Shown one piece after another: positions 13,618-25,250 of a stretch of 64,000 nucleotides of DNA. How positions within the stretch are numbered: the first letter of the stretch is position 1; the number at the start of each line of letters is the position of its first letter. The stretch is from Octopus vulgaris. Taxonomy: Eukaryota. The notes below the pieces were generated by a model. It did no database searches, was not told the origin of the DNA, and saw only the letters and a list, made by a program, of their open reading frames with translations. The stretch is taken from NCBI GenBank assembly GCA_951406725.2, contig OX597814.1:141360001-141424000 (forward strand), given 5' to 3'. The position numbers were made by a program, and so were the translations under genes.

Positions 13618-13622
<5 letters not shown>
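13333..13622 (+). mobile_element. 3' end of an R4/Dong-clade non-LTR retrotransposon
   Basis: Encodes IEVTRMWNLKTEAIPIIVGVLGMIK/YSDKYITKTPGLTNTYNIQKIALLGTAHILRRTLSIQ*, typical of the C-terminus after the restriction-like endonuclease. Embedded in (TAA)n, the known Dong target. Confidence 0.85.
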
Positions 13623-13688
<66 letters not shown>

Positions 13689-13789
13689 TAATAATAATAA
13701 ATATTATTATCATTATTATCATCATCATTATTATTATTAATGTAGTAGTAGTAGTAGTAATTTAGAGCAATACAAACGACAGTAGAGAT

Positions 13790-14620
13790 TTACAGTAACA
13801 CGTATCAAGAATAAAAGCAATAACAATTAATTACAAAAAATTGTAACAAAATTCCCCAATAAGAGAGAGTACCACCATAGATATGCAAGGAACCTCACTA
13901 ATCCTGGATCATACTGATTACCTCTCCATTTTACAGGCGCCAGCTTAAAGTAGGCCAAAACACTCGCACCATCCTCACCACATTCTCCAACCCTTCATGT
14001 ATTGAGGTGGGGCAGTATCTCCCCCACAATCTTCACCTTTCTTTTCAAATGGATCTTAAAATATCTATGATGGTTTGGCCGAAAAGGAAAGTGTTTGTCT
14101 TCAGTCCTTTTTGCCTCGTCCATCATGCAACCTCTTTCGCCATCGCCACTAGGTAGCGGAAAAACTCTCTGCCCTTCCCGATCAAAAAAGAGGCGGCGAA
14201 GCAGCCTTCGCGATGGAGGTAGGCGCTAGTCGGATCCGTCCCACACTTAACTGCAGCTGTTCGATATAACTGACACAAGTTAGCAACGTTCGCTACTTCG
14301 TGGCATTTCAAGCAGGATTTTATTCTTCCTTAACTGACAATGCCACCTCGGCAGCTCTGCCAGGCCAGGGATTTCTGGAAATTTTCCATAAGACTTGAAC
14401 TGGAAAGTCCTCTGGTACAGACCAGACAATTGATTCTTATCAACGTCTATAGATTCCCTGAGGACATCGTCGCTCTTACCCGCCACTAATCCCATATAGA
14501 ACACCATGAAGAAGCTTCCAGCGACCACATTGCCCGACTGGTAGAAGACTATGAGCGTCTGATTACTCTAGGCTCTACCTCGGGCTGCGCTTGATCCAGG
14601 ACTGCAGTTCTATCATAAAG
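13790..14620 (-). mobile_element. Decayed Tx1/L1-like ORF2 3' portion
   Basis: Minus-strand frames: LSGLYQRTF...ENFQKSLAWQSCRG...LVAMAKEVA*WTRQKGL, resembling the Tx1 ORF2 C-terminal region. Confidence 0.6.
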
Positions 14621-16904
14621 ACGTGCTGTGGAAAGTGATTCTAACGAACGGCGACCGCAGGTGCTCACCGTCGAGAAGCGATGGTGATGTCAGCCTCAGT
14701 GTACATTTATACATCATTAGCCACAGCATGCCTATCCCTCCACGCTTTCAACCATCCAATTTCTGTATAGATATCTTGTATTCTAAATCTAAACTCGTGC
14801 GTTTAATTTCCTGTCCTTAAAAGGAATTCTCTTAAATACTATTTATCCTTTAATTTACGTTCTCATTTATTTCAACTTCTATGGCGATTCTTTCTTTTTC
14901 TATCTGTATTCATTTCACTCGCTAAGTTTCACCCGTTACATAAAATCGATAAGTTTAGACTCAACATGTTGGGTGGTAGGTGATTGTATGAAATTACTGG
15001 GTGTACCATCGATTAATCTTATAGAGAATTAGTTATCTTAAGAACGAGCGTAACATGCTTGACCACTAATCTTCGCAAAGTAGCCAGAATCAATTGGTGT
15101 GAAAGGAGGAGGAGAAAAGTAAATGAATAGGAGATTAGAGGAATGGAGACGAAAAGTTCAGTGTAGTTAATAGTTAATGAGACAGATGAGAAAACGCCTA
15201 GGATGAAGTGATATGGAAGTTTTTCGGTTTGGGGTTTGAAATAAAGTTGAAGAAATAAATAAACTATAAGATGGTTTGGAGTTGTATTTTGGAAAAAATT
15301 ACAAAAAAGATGGGTTTACAAGAAAATTAATCATTTATAAATTTATACAGATTATAGATGTCTCCCTGTGTTACAATAGGAACATAGCAAGGATGATAAA
15401 GGCAATGATTCGATGGTGAAGTCAGAATGAGATCGAAACATCTACAAATTTTTTCGAACGTTGATCATTTATCAATATTGTGTATTTTCTTGAACAGAAG
15501 GTTTGTCTAGCTGCCTCTCTTAATGTTACTTACATTAAATGCGTTAACACAAGCTTAACTGTTGCTTTTCATGTGGATGGCATCTCTGAGTGCATGTATT
15601 GTCTAAAGAAGTTTTGTTTTCTACGCCAACCGCTTACACTCTTGCGCATTGACTTAGCGATTCTCCCGTCACGACTTTGGGATGTACAGTGGATTCTATG
15701 CTTCGCTGATGACGTAACGAAGCTGGAACTTGTATGAAGTTGTCTCCCATGTTTGCTGAAATAATTAAAACAATCCCAGTCACTTACACTCGATAATAAT
15801 CTTTTATGAGCTTTATAATGTTTCATACAGTAAATATGATAAAATTATCATAACGATTATCGCCGTCTCTATTATGTTCTCTCAATATATCATTATAGTA
15901 TAGTCCACAAGTTTGAAATAAGAACTATTTATATCTCCAACAGAAATCCAATACATTTGCTTTTTCAGTAAATCCCTTGTATATCAGCCAAAAACCTACC
16001 AGTATAGTTTCATTATTTTTCTGTTGAAATCTTAAATATATTCCTTTACGAAATATTTCCAGCTTGCCATTAAATTATACAGTATGCTTTCTGTTTTATC
16101 ATTTCTATTTTGTTTTTATCTCGGTCAAATATAAGCTGAAACAGTGCAATTCCTTTGGGCTTTTAGTTTTTCCGAAGCTGCTATCAAAAAGAAAGTGAAT
16201 TCATGCCACGTCTCACATAATGAACAGTTTCAACATGCCATTTTTGTGTTATTTCTATATTTGTATTATCTTTGCATTTATGTTAGAAATAGCTAACCAA
16301 AGAAATATCTGTTATTCCACAGATATCGAAAATATACCATTCTTTCTCGTGATAAATTGCTAGAATATTTTACATTTTCATTTCTTATATATGTTCAATG
16401 TTGTTGCTTTCTGTGTAGCTGGTTGTTACTGGTGGCTGTGTGAAAATGCGTCCAGAATCGTTACGACACAATTACTTGGATATCTATCAAACTGATAAAT
16501 TTTGCTCTGGTAAGCATCACCATTAAAAGTCCAAATAAACGTTCAACGGGACTAAAAATATCTGACAGAAGCCAAAGTTTCATCATATAATGGATGAACA
16601 AAAACGTACAGATCTAATTAGTGGATGCCTATATAAAATATTATCTTCTGAATATGAAAATCGTTAGAGCTCCAGAAAAAAACAACCCACCTTACAGTAC
16701 TTAGTTGTCGATGTTTACGTTCTCATTTCAAATCTAAGATGAACTTTCATATGTTTAAAGTCGATAAAAATAAAGTATTAGCAAGTATTGTGATCGATTT
16801 AATCGAATATACCCTTGTGCTCATCAAAGGCCTTTAATCGAATATGCCCTTTTGCCCATTGTCTTTTTGGTGGGCCATAATAATTTTAAATCAAAATAGT
16901 CCGA

Positions 16905-17400
16905 CGGAGAGACGGTGAGTTACCAGTGTCGTTAGAGCATTGAAAAAAAAAAAACCTTTCCGGTATCTGATTCATTATGCTTACGGTATCTAGGCGGCGA
17001 GCTGGCAGAAACGTTAGCACGCCGGGCGAAATGCTTAGCTGTATTTCGTCTGCCGTTGCGTTGTGAGTTCAAATTCCGCCGAGGTCGACTTTGCCTTTCA
17101 TCCTTTCGGGATCGATTAAATAAGTACCAGTTACGTACTGGGGTCGATGTAATCGACTTAATACCTATGTCTGTCCTTGTTTGTCCCCTCTATGTTTAGC
17201 CCCTTGTGGGTAATAAAGAAATAGGTATCTGATTCTGTTCTGATTCTTTATGTTCTAAGTTCAAATCACGCCGAGGTCAACTTTGCTTCTCATCCCTCCG
17301 AACCTAAAATAAAATACCAATTAAGTACTGGGGTCGAAAGCACTGGCTAACAACCTTCCCTCAAAACTGTTGGCTGTGGGCATAAATCATAAACCCTTAT
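16905..17400 (+). mobile_element. Nested SINE B: young variant (16993-17226) inside an older copy
   Basis: Old head at 16905-16970; intact ggcggcgagctggcagaaacg...gggtaataaagaaata; then the old body resumes (ttcaaatcacgccgaggtcaactttgc). ggtatct occurs at both junctions. Confidence 0.8.
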
Positions 17401-18193
17401 CTTCCAACAAAATATAGGAAAAAGTCCAAAAAATCAAACTAAAAATTGAAGGTATGAATATATCCGGGAATGTCTCTTTAGTATTTGTGTTTATCGCGGT
17501 CGGAATTTCCAAGGGAGAGAATTGAATTATTCGTGAAATCATAAGAGTTCAGTTGATGCTTACTGGAGCAACGAGTTGTTCATATCTTGGCGCATTTATC
17601 TACATTGGCTGGTCGATATGGGCGTCAAGTGTCTTCAGCGAAGACAAAACGCTAGGTCAAGAACTAGATTGTTTATCTGCTATTCTATCTACTTAGATAA
17701 ATCCGCTTTCTTAAAGAAAAAAATCAATCCATCCATAAATCCCATTAATCTATAGGATCATTGGGATTACCCCTTTGTAATAATAATAAGTAGTGTTATA
17801 TAAAACAAATGGGTCATAAGCGGTAGAGTGCACGTACGTGATATATTGAGTTGAAAAACATCGATGTAGAACGCTTTCTTGAATATTTATCTTTAGCCAA
17901 ATTGTTAATACACAAACCACAAGATTAATGTAGGTTACGTGTCCTGAGAACCTTAGTGTTGTCATTTCTCTCACTTCAATTCAAATGTTCGGTCTATAAA
18001 ACTATATATAAAAAGGTTGGAAAGGAGGAGGTAAATGTCACAGTGAAATAAGACTCAGATCCTACAATTTCTACTGAGTTTATAACTGATTTCAACTTTA
18101 TCTTTACACATGATTTTATCCGCCACAAGAACAAAGTCACATAATGAATATTTAGAAACTCTACATACATACATACATACATACATACATACA

Positions 18194-18225
<32 letters not shown>

Positions 18226-18495
18226 ATATTTCCACGTGTGCACAGAGTTAGATGTACGACTGTTAATGGTGAATTTAGAGCCCCACTTAGATTATAATCA
18301 TATCATTTAGATGCAGTCTGTTTCCAGTAAAGTACATCTAAATGCACAATGAATACCCGCTGCAGAGGATGCAAAGAGCCTCAATGGCGAAACATGCGTA
18401 AAGAACAAATAGTATAAAATGCATCTTGAGTTTGACATACTTTTTCATACACACCCACACACACACACACATATATATATATGTATGTATGTATG

Positions 18496-18546
<51 letters not shown>

Positions 18547-18551
18547 ATCTG

Positions 18552-18628
<77 letters not shown>

Positions 18629-18665
18629 GTGTGTGCGTGTGTGTGTATGTGGATTCATTTTAATA

Positions 18666-18883
18666 GGCGCAGGAGTGGCTGTGTGGTAAGTAGCTTGCTT
18701 ACCAACCACATGGCTCCGGATTCAATCCCACTGTGTGGGACCTTGGGAAAGTGCCTTCTACTATAGCGCCGGCCCGACCAAAGCCTTGTGAGTGGATTTG
18801 GTAGACAGAAACTGAATGAAGCCCGTCGCGTATATATACATACATACATACATACATACATGCATACATACCTAAATACATAT

Positions 18884-18943
<60 letters not shown>

Positions 18944-19078
18944 ATGAGTATGTGTATGTTTGTGTGTCAGTGTTTGTTCCCCCACCATCGTGTCTGTATT
19001 TGTAACCTCCTCCCTCCTGTAATTTAGCGGTTCGGTAAAAGAGACCGATAGCATAAGTAGTAGGCTTACAAAGAACAA
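18666..19078 (+). mobile_element. SINE family A, 3'-truncated
   Basis: ggcgcaggagtggctgtgtggtaagtagcttgcttaccaaccacatgg...; ends at ggcttacaaagaacaag. Confidence 0.88.
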
Positions 19079-19462
19079 GTGTCTGCCAAGTTTGTGCCTA
19101 AACTGCTTTCAGCTGACCAAAAAGACACCGGAGTTTCAGTTTCACAAGATCTTGATTGTATCGAGAACGATGAAAGCTTTCTGAAAACTTTGCGGAGGCC
19201 TCTGAGCAGGTAGCGCCAAGCTTTTGGCAATATTTGATGCAGATTCACTGCTCAGCTTTCTCTGTCATGGTCAATGCGAAGATCACACGCTACACACCTT
19301 TCTTCCAAGTACTGCCGTACACAGCGGAAGTGAGCTAGAACGTTGAAACTTAGTGCACCTGCACAACAGAGTTCAAGGTCAATCTGTGTTAAGCGGTTTT
19401 ACTATGCATGCTTTACCTTCGTTACTATGATAACAGCCCTGATACTGATTGATCAGACCACG
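19079..19462. mobile_element. Rearranged mariner derivative
   Basis: Plus strand VSAKFVPKLLSADQK (WVPxxL motif). Minus strand MTEKAEQ*ICIKYCQKLG (transposase N-terminus). Ends in TIR-like ctgatactgattgatcagaccacg followed by TA. Confidence 0.7.
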
Positions 19463-19561
19463 TATATATATATGTATGCACACATATAGATAGATAGGTG
19501 TATAGACAAATACGCACATAAAAAGAAAGAGAGAGAGAGAGAGAAAGAAAGAAAGAGAGAG

Positions 19562-19617
<56 letters not shown>

Positions 19618-20413
19618 AATTGGTTGGAACAAAATGGTTTGTAACAAAATGGGTTGTACAGCAGTAATGGGCATAGTCAAACATTATACGAACGTGGTTT
19701 GTTTTCGTTATTTCAATTGCGTTATACCTCTTAAAGTAGGATTAAAATGTTAGACAGTTCCACTAATTGTGGCAACATAATTAATCAATTCGAGACACAT
19801 AATGCAACTGGGATCAATTTATTTCTCTTTCTAATTCATTGATGAGATACGCAGTAAGTCCCGGCGTTATAATATCTGTTTCTAATCAAGGCACGTAACT
19901 ATTGCTGGCATTGTTCAACCAGTCATAAGTTTATGTTGTTGTTCATTCGATTGAAGTCAGGCAAGAACTACAAGATTTTTTCCTCAGCTTTTCCTATAGT
20001 AACCATCACATTCTGTTTTTTTCCCCTTTAAAATTGCATTATTCAAGGCAGATTTAGCTGTTATTTCTAGCAGATCGAGCAGCCAGATAAGTTCCTTGGT
20101 TCCATCTACAAATAGATACCATACATAGCTCTCCACTGGGAGAAACAGTGTCACTCACTGTTTCCGTAGGCTGAAATACCAAGCTCAATGATTTGGTTTG
20201 ACTTCGATACACTAAATGGGATTTTGTTACTTCTACATTCGTGTTAAAATAGTCCCCAGTCCAATAGCTACACCATCAATACCTATGTCAGATTGTGAAA
20301 TAATGGAAAATATAAGAGCAACCAATTTTAACTGTATGTTTAAGAAGTAAGGGAAGCGCACGTTACCTACGTAGTAACTGTGAGATTGGTATGCAGCAGA
20401 CAATAACACTTGT

Positions 20414-20648
20414 GGGGCTCGGGAACGAAATTTGCTTAGTGGGGGCAAACCCAAATAAGGTCATGCTTAATTATTGATTTATTTATGTCCTTTGAGAAGA
20501 AACCTAATCCAAGTACTTCTTACAGATCACTTTTTATTCACTGTTTTCTGAACCTGAAAAAAGTAATGGGTGCAAATTTTGATTTTGCACTTCACTAATC
20601 TTTTAGTGGGTGCAAACGCACCTCTACACCCCCTGTTTCCGGGCCCTG
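20414..20648. mobile_element. MITE (hAT-like)
   Basis: Imperfect TIRs ggggctcgggaac / gtttccgggccctg. Confidence 0.4.
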
Positions 20649-20669
20649 AGTTACTATAATAGGAAACGT

Positions 20670-20905
20670 GAAGGCGCGTGGCCTAGTAGTTATGGTGTTG
20701 CTCTCAGGATCGCAAGATCATGATTTCGATTCCCATACCAGCTGTGCATTGTGTTCTTGGTCAAATCACTTCATATCACGTTGATCCAGTCCCACTCAAC
20801 TGTAAATGAGTAACCCTGCGGCGGGATGGCATCGTGTTCAAAGGAAATGTTTTGATCCAGGTCACTTATATGCCACGGAAACGTCTTATCAATTCTAAGA
20901 CTCGA
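20670..20905 (+). mobile_element. SINE family C, decayed
   Basis: aggcgcgtggcctagtagtta...tttcgattccc...gtaaatgagtaaccctgcg matches 48383 and 61889. Confidence 0.7.
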
Positions 20906-21125
20906 GGTTGTAATATAAATAATAGAAAACAAAACACCGACATCTCCTCAAACCAGATAGCTGCTCCGAATACTTGTAGCAGAGTAGAATCTGTTTAAAA
21001 CACACCAGAGCCAGAAGGTTATAGTAAATCGAGTAATGAATTATATCTACTACCCTACAATCGGTTTAGTCTGATGTGCTTCTAAATAGACTTGTTATCA
21101 CAATTTCGCTCATAAGGGTTGAGTC

Positions 21126-22161
21126 CAGGGCCTGGTTCTCATCCATAGAGGTCCCAAGCACGAGTTATGACCCATACAGGTCCTAAGCACTTTCGTATAT
21201 ATTTAATTCAAAATATTAACAATAATAAACCATAAAATAAATCATTATTTTTCAAAATGAAACAAAAACGAATTGATAAACGTATTTTTGTATACTTCTA
21301 CTTTATTCATATTTGAAAACTTTTCTCTTTTTTTTTAATTGCAAAGTCTTTCATCAGATCCTCCCTATAACACCATGAACACATCGAAATTATATTTCCG
21401 ATCATATAAACCCCTTCAAATATTATTTCAGCATGTTTAAAGTAATTTCCTTTGTGTCGTAAGCCATTTACCCTTTCTGTAGTGCCCTACTTCACTTGAT
21501 GCCCCAAGCACATGCTTATTTTGTTTAATGGTTAATCCAGCTCTGATTGGATCAACGGAGGTCGCGGTAGAAATACTGTGCTGTAAAATCGAATCGTGAA
21601 AGATACAAATGTAAAATGACCTTTTTATAATAAGTCATACGGGTTTATAAGTCATAATGAATCCTGTATGACACTGGTCATACAGGATTCATTAAAGCAT
21701 TCGCTAATTATCCACTCTCCTCTTTAGTACTTTACCTGTCCTGTGTATCATAAGTGACAATGGATTAACCATTAAGCAAAATATGTTCTTAGAGAATAAA
21801 GGAATAGTGGGGGGGGGGGCTCAACATAAATGGTAAATAGTTTATGGCACAAAATAAATCATTTCAAACTTGCTAAAATAATGCTCGAAGTGGTTTATAT
21901 GAACGGAAATATAATTTCGAAGTGTTCTTGGTGTCATATTGAGGATCTGATCAATTAGAAAAATAGGAGAAAACTTTTCAAATAAAAATGAAGTGGAAGT
22001 ATGCAAACATAAACGCTATTTTCCATCTTACTGTTAGTTTTGCTTCATTTTGAAAAATAAGAACTTATTATATAGTTTATTACTGTTTATATTTTATATT
22101 TTAAATTACATATATATGGGTGGGGGATACCAAATCTTTTATGGGTCATAATCCGGCTCTG
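21126..22161. mobile_element. Two ~410-bp copies of one MITE family in inverted orientation (21126-21546 and 21760-22161)
   Basis: tttaatggttaatcca vs tggattaaccattaag; ttatgacccata vs tatgggtcataa; internal ttatttttcaaaatgaa..caaaa block is reverse-complementary. Confidence 0.65.
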
Positions 22162-22889
22162 CTCCGGACATATTTTCCTGGCGTCCTCGCATTATATATG
22201 GTACTCACTCCCAATTTGATTTTCAACCATCAGAATAACTTGGGAATTATGAAAGAAAAGGTTTATATTACTGAGATGGGCTAACTAAGAGTTTGAAAAT
22301 GAGCATGGACGTTTAGGAAAAATCTGTGAAAATGCTTTGGATAGGTAAAGGGTTAACTAAATCCTGTAAACCTAATCAACTTTCGATAAGATAAACGAAG
22401 CTGCTTTCTCCATCACTGTTATATATACAGAGCGCAATGCATCGGTTTCTACCTTAGAGCAATGTAATTTTATAATTCCTGTGTGTATTTAGAAAATCGA
22501 TTTATAAGATGTGAAACATCTTATAAAAGTGAGAAAATTTTTCTCTTTAATTTCTTCAATGAAAATATAACGAACTGACATAAAGCGAACAATTACAAAA
22601 TTTACATAATAGAATGAAAGATTTAGGTCTCTTATAACTAATTGCAAAACAGCTAGCCATTATTAACACGTATTTTAGTATTCATTGTTAATAGTCTGAG
22701 ATTGAATCAAATATGAAGGTCAAACAGTGCATAGCTAAGGGTTTATTGAGTTGGATGTGATTTCAAAACGACTGATTTCACGTGACTGGATATAATAACT
22801 ACGATGAACTTTCAAGGTAGAAAGTGTGTCTACGTGTGTGAGAAAGAAAGAGTGAGTGAGAGAGAGAGAGAGAGAGAGAGAAAACGGGC

Positions 22890-22926
<37 letters not shown>

Positions 22927-23300
22927 CGGGTGGGAGAGACGAGAAAGGTGACAGAGAATATTTTTATGACGTGAGAAACCAATATGATGCAAGCAAATAG
23001 TTCCGTACAAGAGCAAATTGCAAATGATATGCAGGAGTTCAAATAGCTGTACTGATAGTGTGCCAGCAAAAGAAGCACTGCTGGACCAATCAATTATTGA
23101 TGACTGCTGTTCAAGGATCTTTTGCTTCTGGTGATCAAGTGATCAAGGAAATGATCGATATTATACCTGGGCGGTAGAGAATAGTAGCTGAGTGGCGCTG
23201 TTGATGACGTCATTTGGAAGGTAGCTTATCAAATTAAGTGTCGGCAGCTTATGTTCAGTAACCCGAGATACATTAATTTCTCACATCGCACCCTAATGTT

Positions 23301-23355
<55 letters not shown>

Positions 23356-23644
23356 AATATGTTTGCTTGTGCTACTCTTTCTCTTTTTCTTTCTCAATAT
23401 GTAATGGATATGTGTGTATGTTTGTGTATATGTGTGCGTGTGTGTGTTACGTATAGGCGTAGGCACATATATATGCTTGAGAAGTTTACTTTGCAGCAAC
23501 CAAATGCTTGTTAGTTCGAACTCGCTGCGTAGCATGCTGCACAAAGGCATTCTACTACCTTCTGTTTTGAGGGTGAAATTTATTTTCGACAGAATCTGTA
23601 CAGAAGATTGTCCTATTATGCATGTTTGAATGTATGTTCTTAAT

Positions 23645-23899
23645 CTTTTCTTTCACCTGTTTCAGACTGCGGCCACGTGGAGCAAAACTCTGAAGAACTT
23701 TTTTAGTCGAACTAATCTGTCCCAAGACTTATTTTTTAAAGCCTGGTACTTATTCTATCGATTCCTTTTGCTGAAACGCTAGGTTACTGTGATGTAAATA
23801 TACCAATACCAGTCATCAAGCGATGGTAGGGACAAACGCAGACACAAAAACACGCACACGCATACACACACGCACACACACACACACACACACACGCAC

Positions 23900-23995
<96 letters not shown>

Positions 23996-24062
23996 TTATA
24001 CGCGATAGACTTCTTCCAATTTCCGTCTACCAAATCCACTCAGAAAGATTTGGTCGGCCTGA
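23645..24062 (-). mobile_element. SINE family A with long (CA)n, 5' end interrupted
   Basis: tgtttcagactgcggccacg...ttccgtctaccaaatccactca...ttggtcggcc. Confidence 0.8.
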
Positions 24063-24065
24063 AAA

Positions 24066-24548
24066 CAGTGGTTCTCATTTTACAAAAAAATGTTATGTGT
24101 TGGTCCGCTTAGACATTTTTCGATAGTTCACTGTATAAAATACAAGGTAACTAACATGGAAAAAATGGCATACATTCGTGTACCGTAATTTCCGGACTAT
24201 GAACTAGGATGAGGATAACGACGACGAGAGACATGCAGACATGCGGATTGCAATAGTGGTGTGGTGAATCACGTGAGCGTAGAATACCAACAGCACATGT
24301 ACGATCCACAATTAGACCTGCATATTTTCCATCGGCCAATCACACCTGTTGTACAACGAGTGTGATTAGCAAATAGTGTAGGAGTGGTATGGAGTTTTGA
24401 GATTAACGACAAAAAAGGATGATTGCATGCAAAAAAAATCAGTCTTGAAAATTTTAAACTTAACTGTCTCTAGTCATCCGTTTTCACGATATTTCAACGT
24501 CCCTTCGCAGTCTCCTTAGGGACTGTGGACTGCAGTTTGAGTACCACC
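24066..24548. mobile_element. hAT-like MITE
   Basis: Ends cagtggttctca ... tttgagtaccac, resembling Charlie-type TIRs. Confidence 0.45.
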
Positions 24549-24734
24549 CAACATGTTGCAAACATTTTTTCCGACATTTTTTCACTTATTCGTCTTAGGT
24601 AAACAATTTATAAATAATTCATATTAAAAATCTTGAGGGCTTACTTTATAACATATTTCTATTTATCGCTCCAGAGTTTTTCCTAAGTTTCATCAACAAA
24701 AAATGCAATCAGTTATGTACAACAAATGAAAGGA

Positions 24735-25250
24735 CTATGTCAATAACCTTGCAATCGTGGAACGAGCCGAAGTCAACAGCATTGAGGCCACGCCTAAGCT
24801 GGACAGGTCATGTGTGTCGCATGAATAGAATAACGCTGCCATGTCAAATTCTCTAAAGTGAACTCAGCATCAGGAAAAGATCACAACGGCTACCTTATGC
24901 GATGTTTAAAAGACTAACAGGAATTGACGATGAAGAGCACATACTTCGACCTTAAATCCAGGGTGCAACACGCGAAAGACAGACAAACGTGGTGTTACAT
25001 CAACATTGGCGTAGAACATTTTTTAGAACATCACCGAAAAAATAAAGATGATAAACGGCTACGACGAAAGACTTGCCAACTCCAACCAAGGTGTTTACGG
25101 TCAATCAGATGTGACCTCGGTTGACAATTGTTCCATGCAAAAACTGATTTTTCCAGTCATGAGAGGTACCGATACAAATAAGGAAGCACAAACGAAGAAA
25201 GAAATAGTCGGAAACTTGGAGGGACCTTCGCCACCGTAGTAGCCTTCGCC
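24735..25250 (+). mobile_element. RTE-clade LINE 3' fragment
   Basis: NLAIVERAEVNSIEA/LSWTGHVCRMNRITLPCQIL*SEL...AKDRQTW...KRLRRK: the RTE post-RT signature (LRWxGHVxRM), decayed. Confidence 0.8.

Noticed and set aside
15700-15730. CTGATGAcgtaacGAAG and 9043 CTGAAGA..GAAA hammerhead look-alikes
   Set aside because: The first lacks GAAA; the second has no stem I or credible stem II.
15400-16650. 85-aa minus-strand ORF with a hydrophobic upstream stretch (possible receptor pseudogene)
   Set aside because: The flanking frames are full of stops and no family motif could be recognised.
22501-22527. 12-bp hairpin tttataagatgt-gaa-acatcttataaa and nearby E-box/CRE motifs
   Set aside because: Short and AT-rich; isolated motifs are expected by chance without other support.
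23028-23135. Peptide SIIDDCCSRIFC resembling an insulin A chain
   Set aside because: Cysteine spacing is wrong, a stop precedes the final Cys, and there is no dibasic site or B chain.
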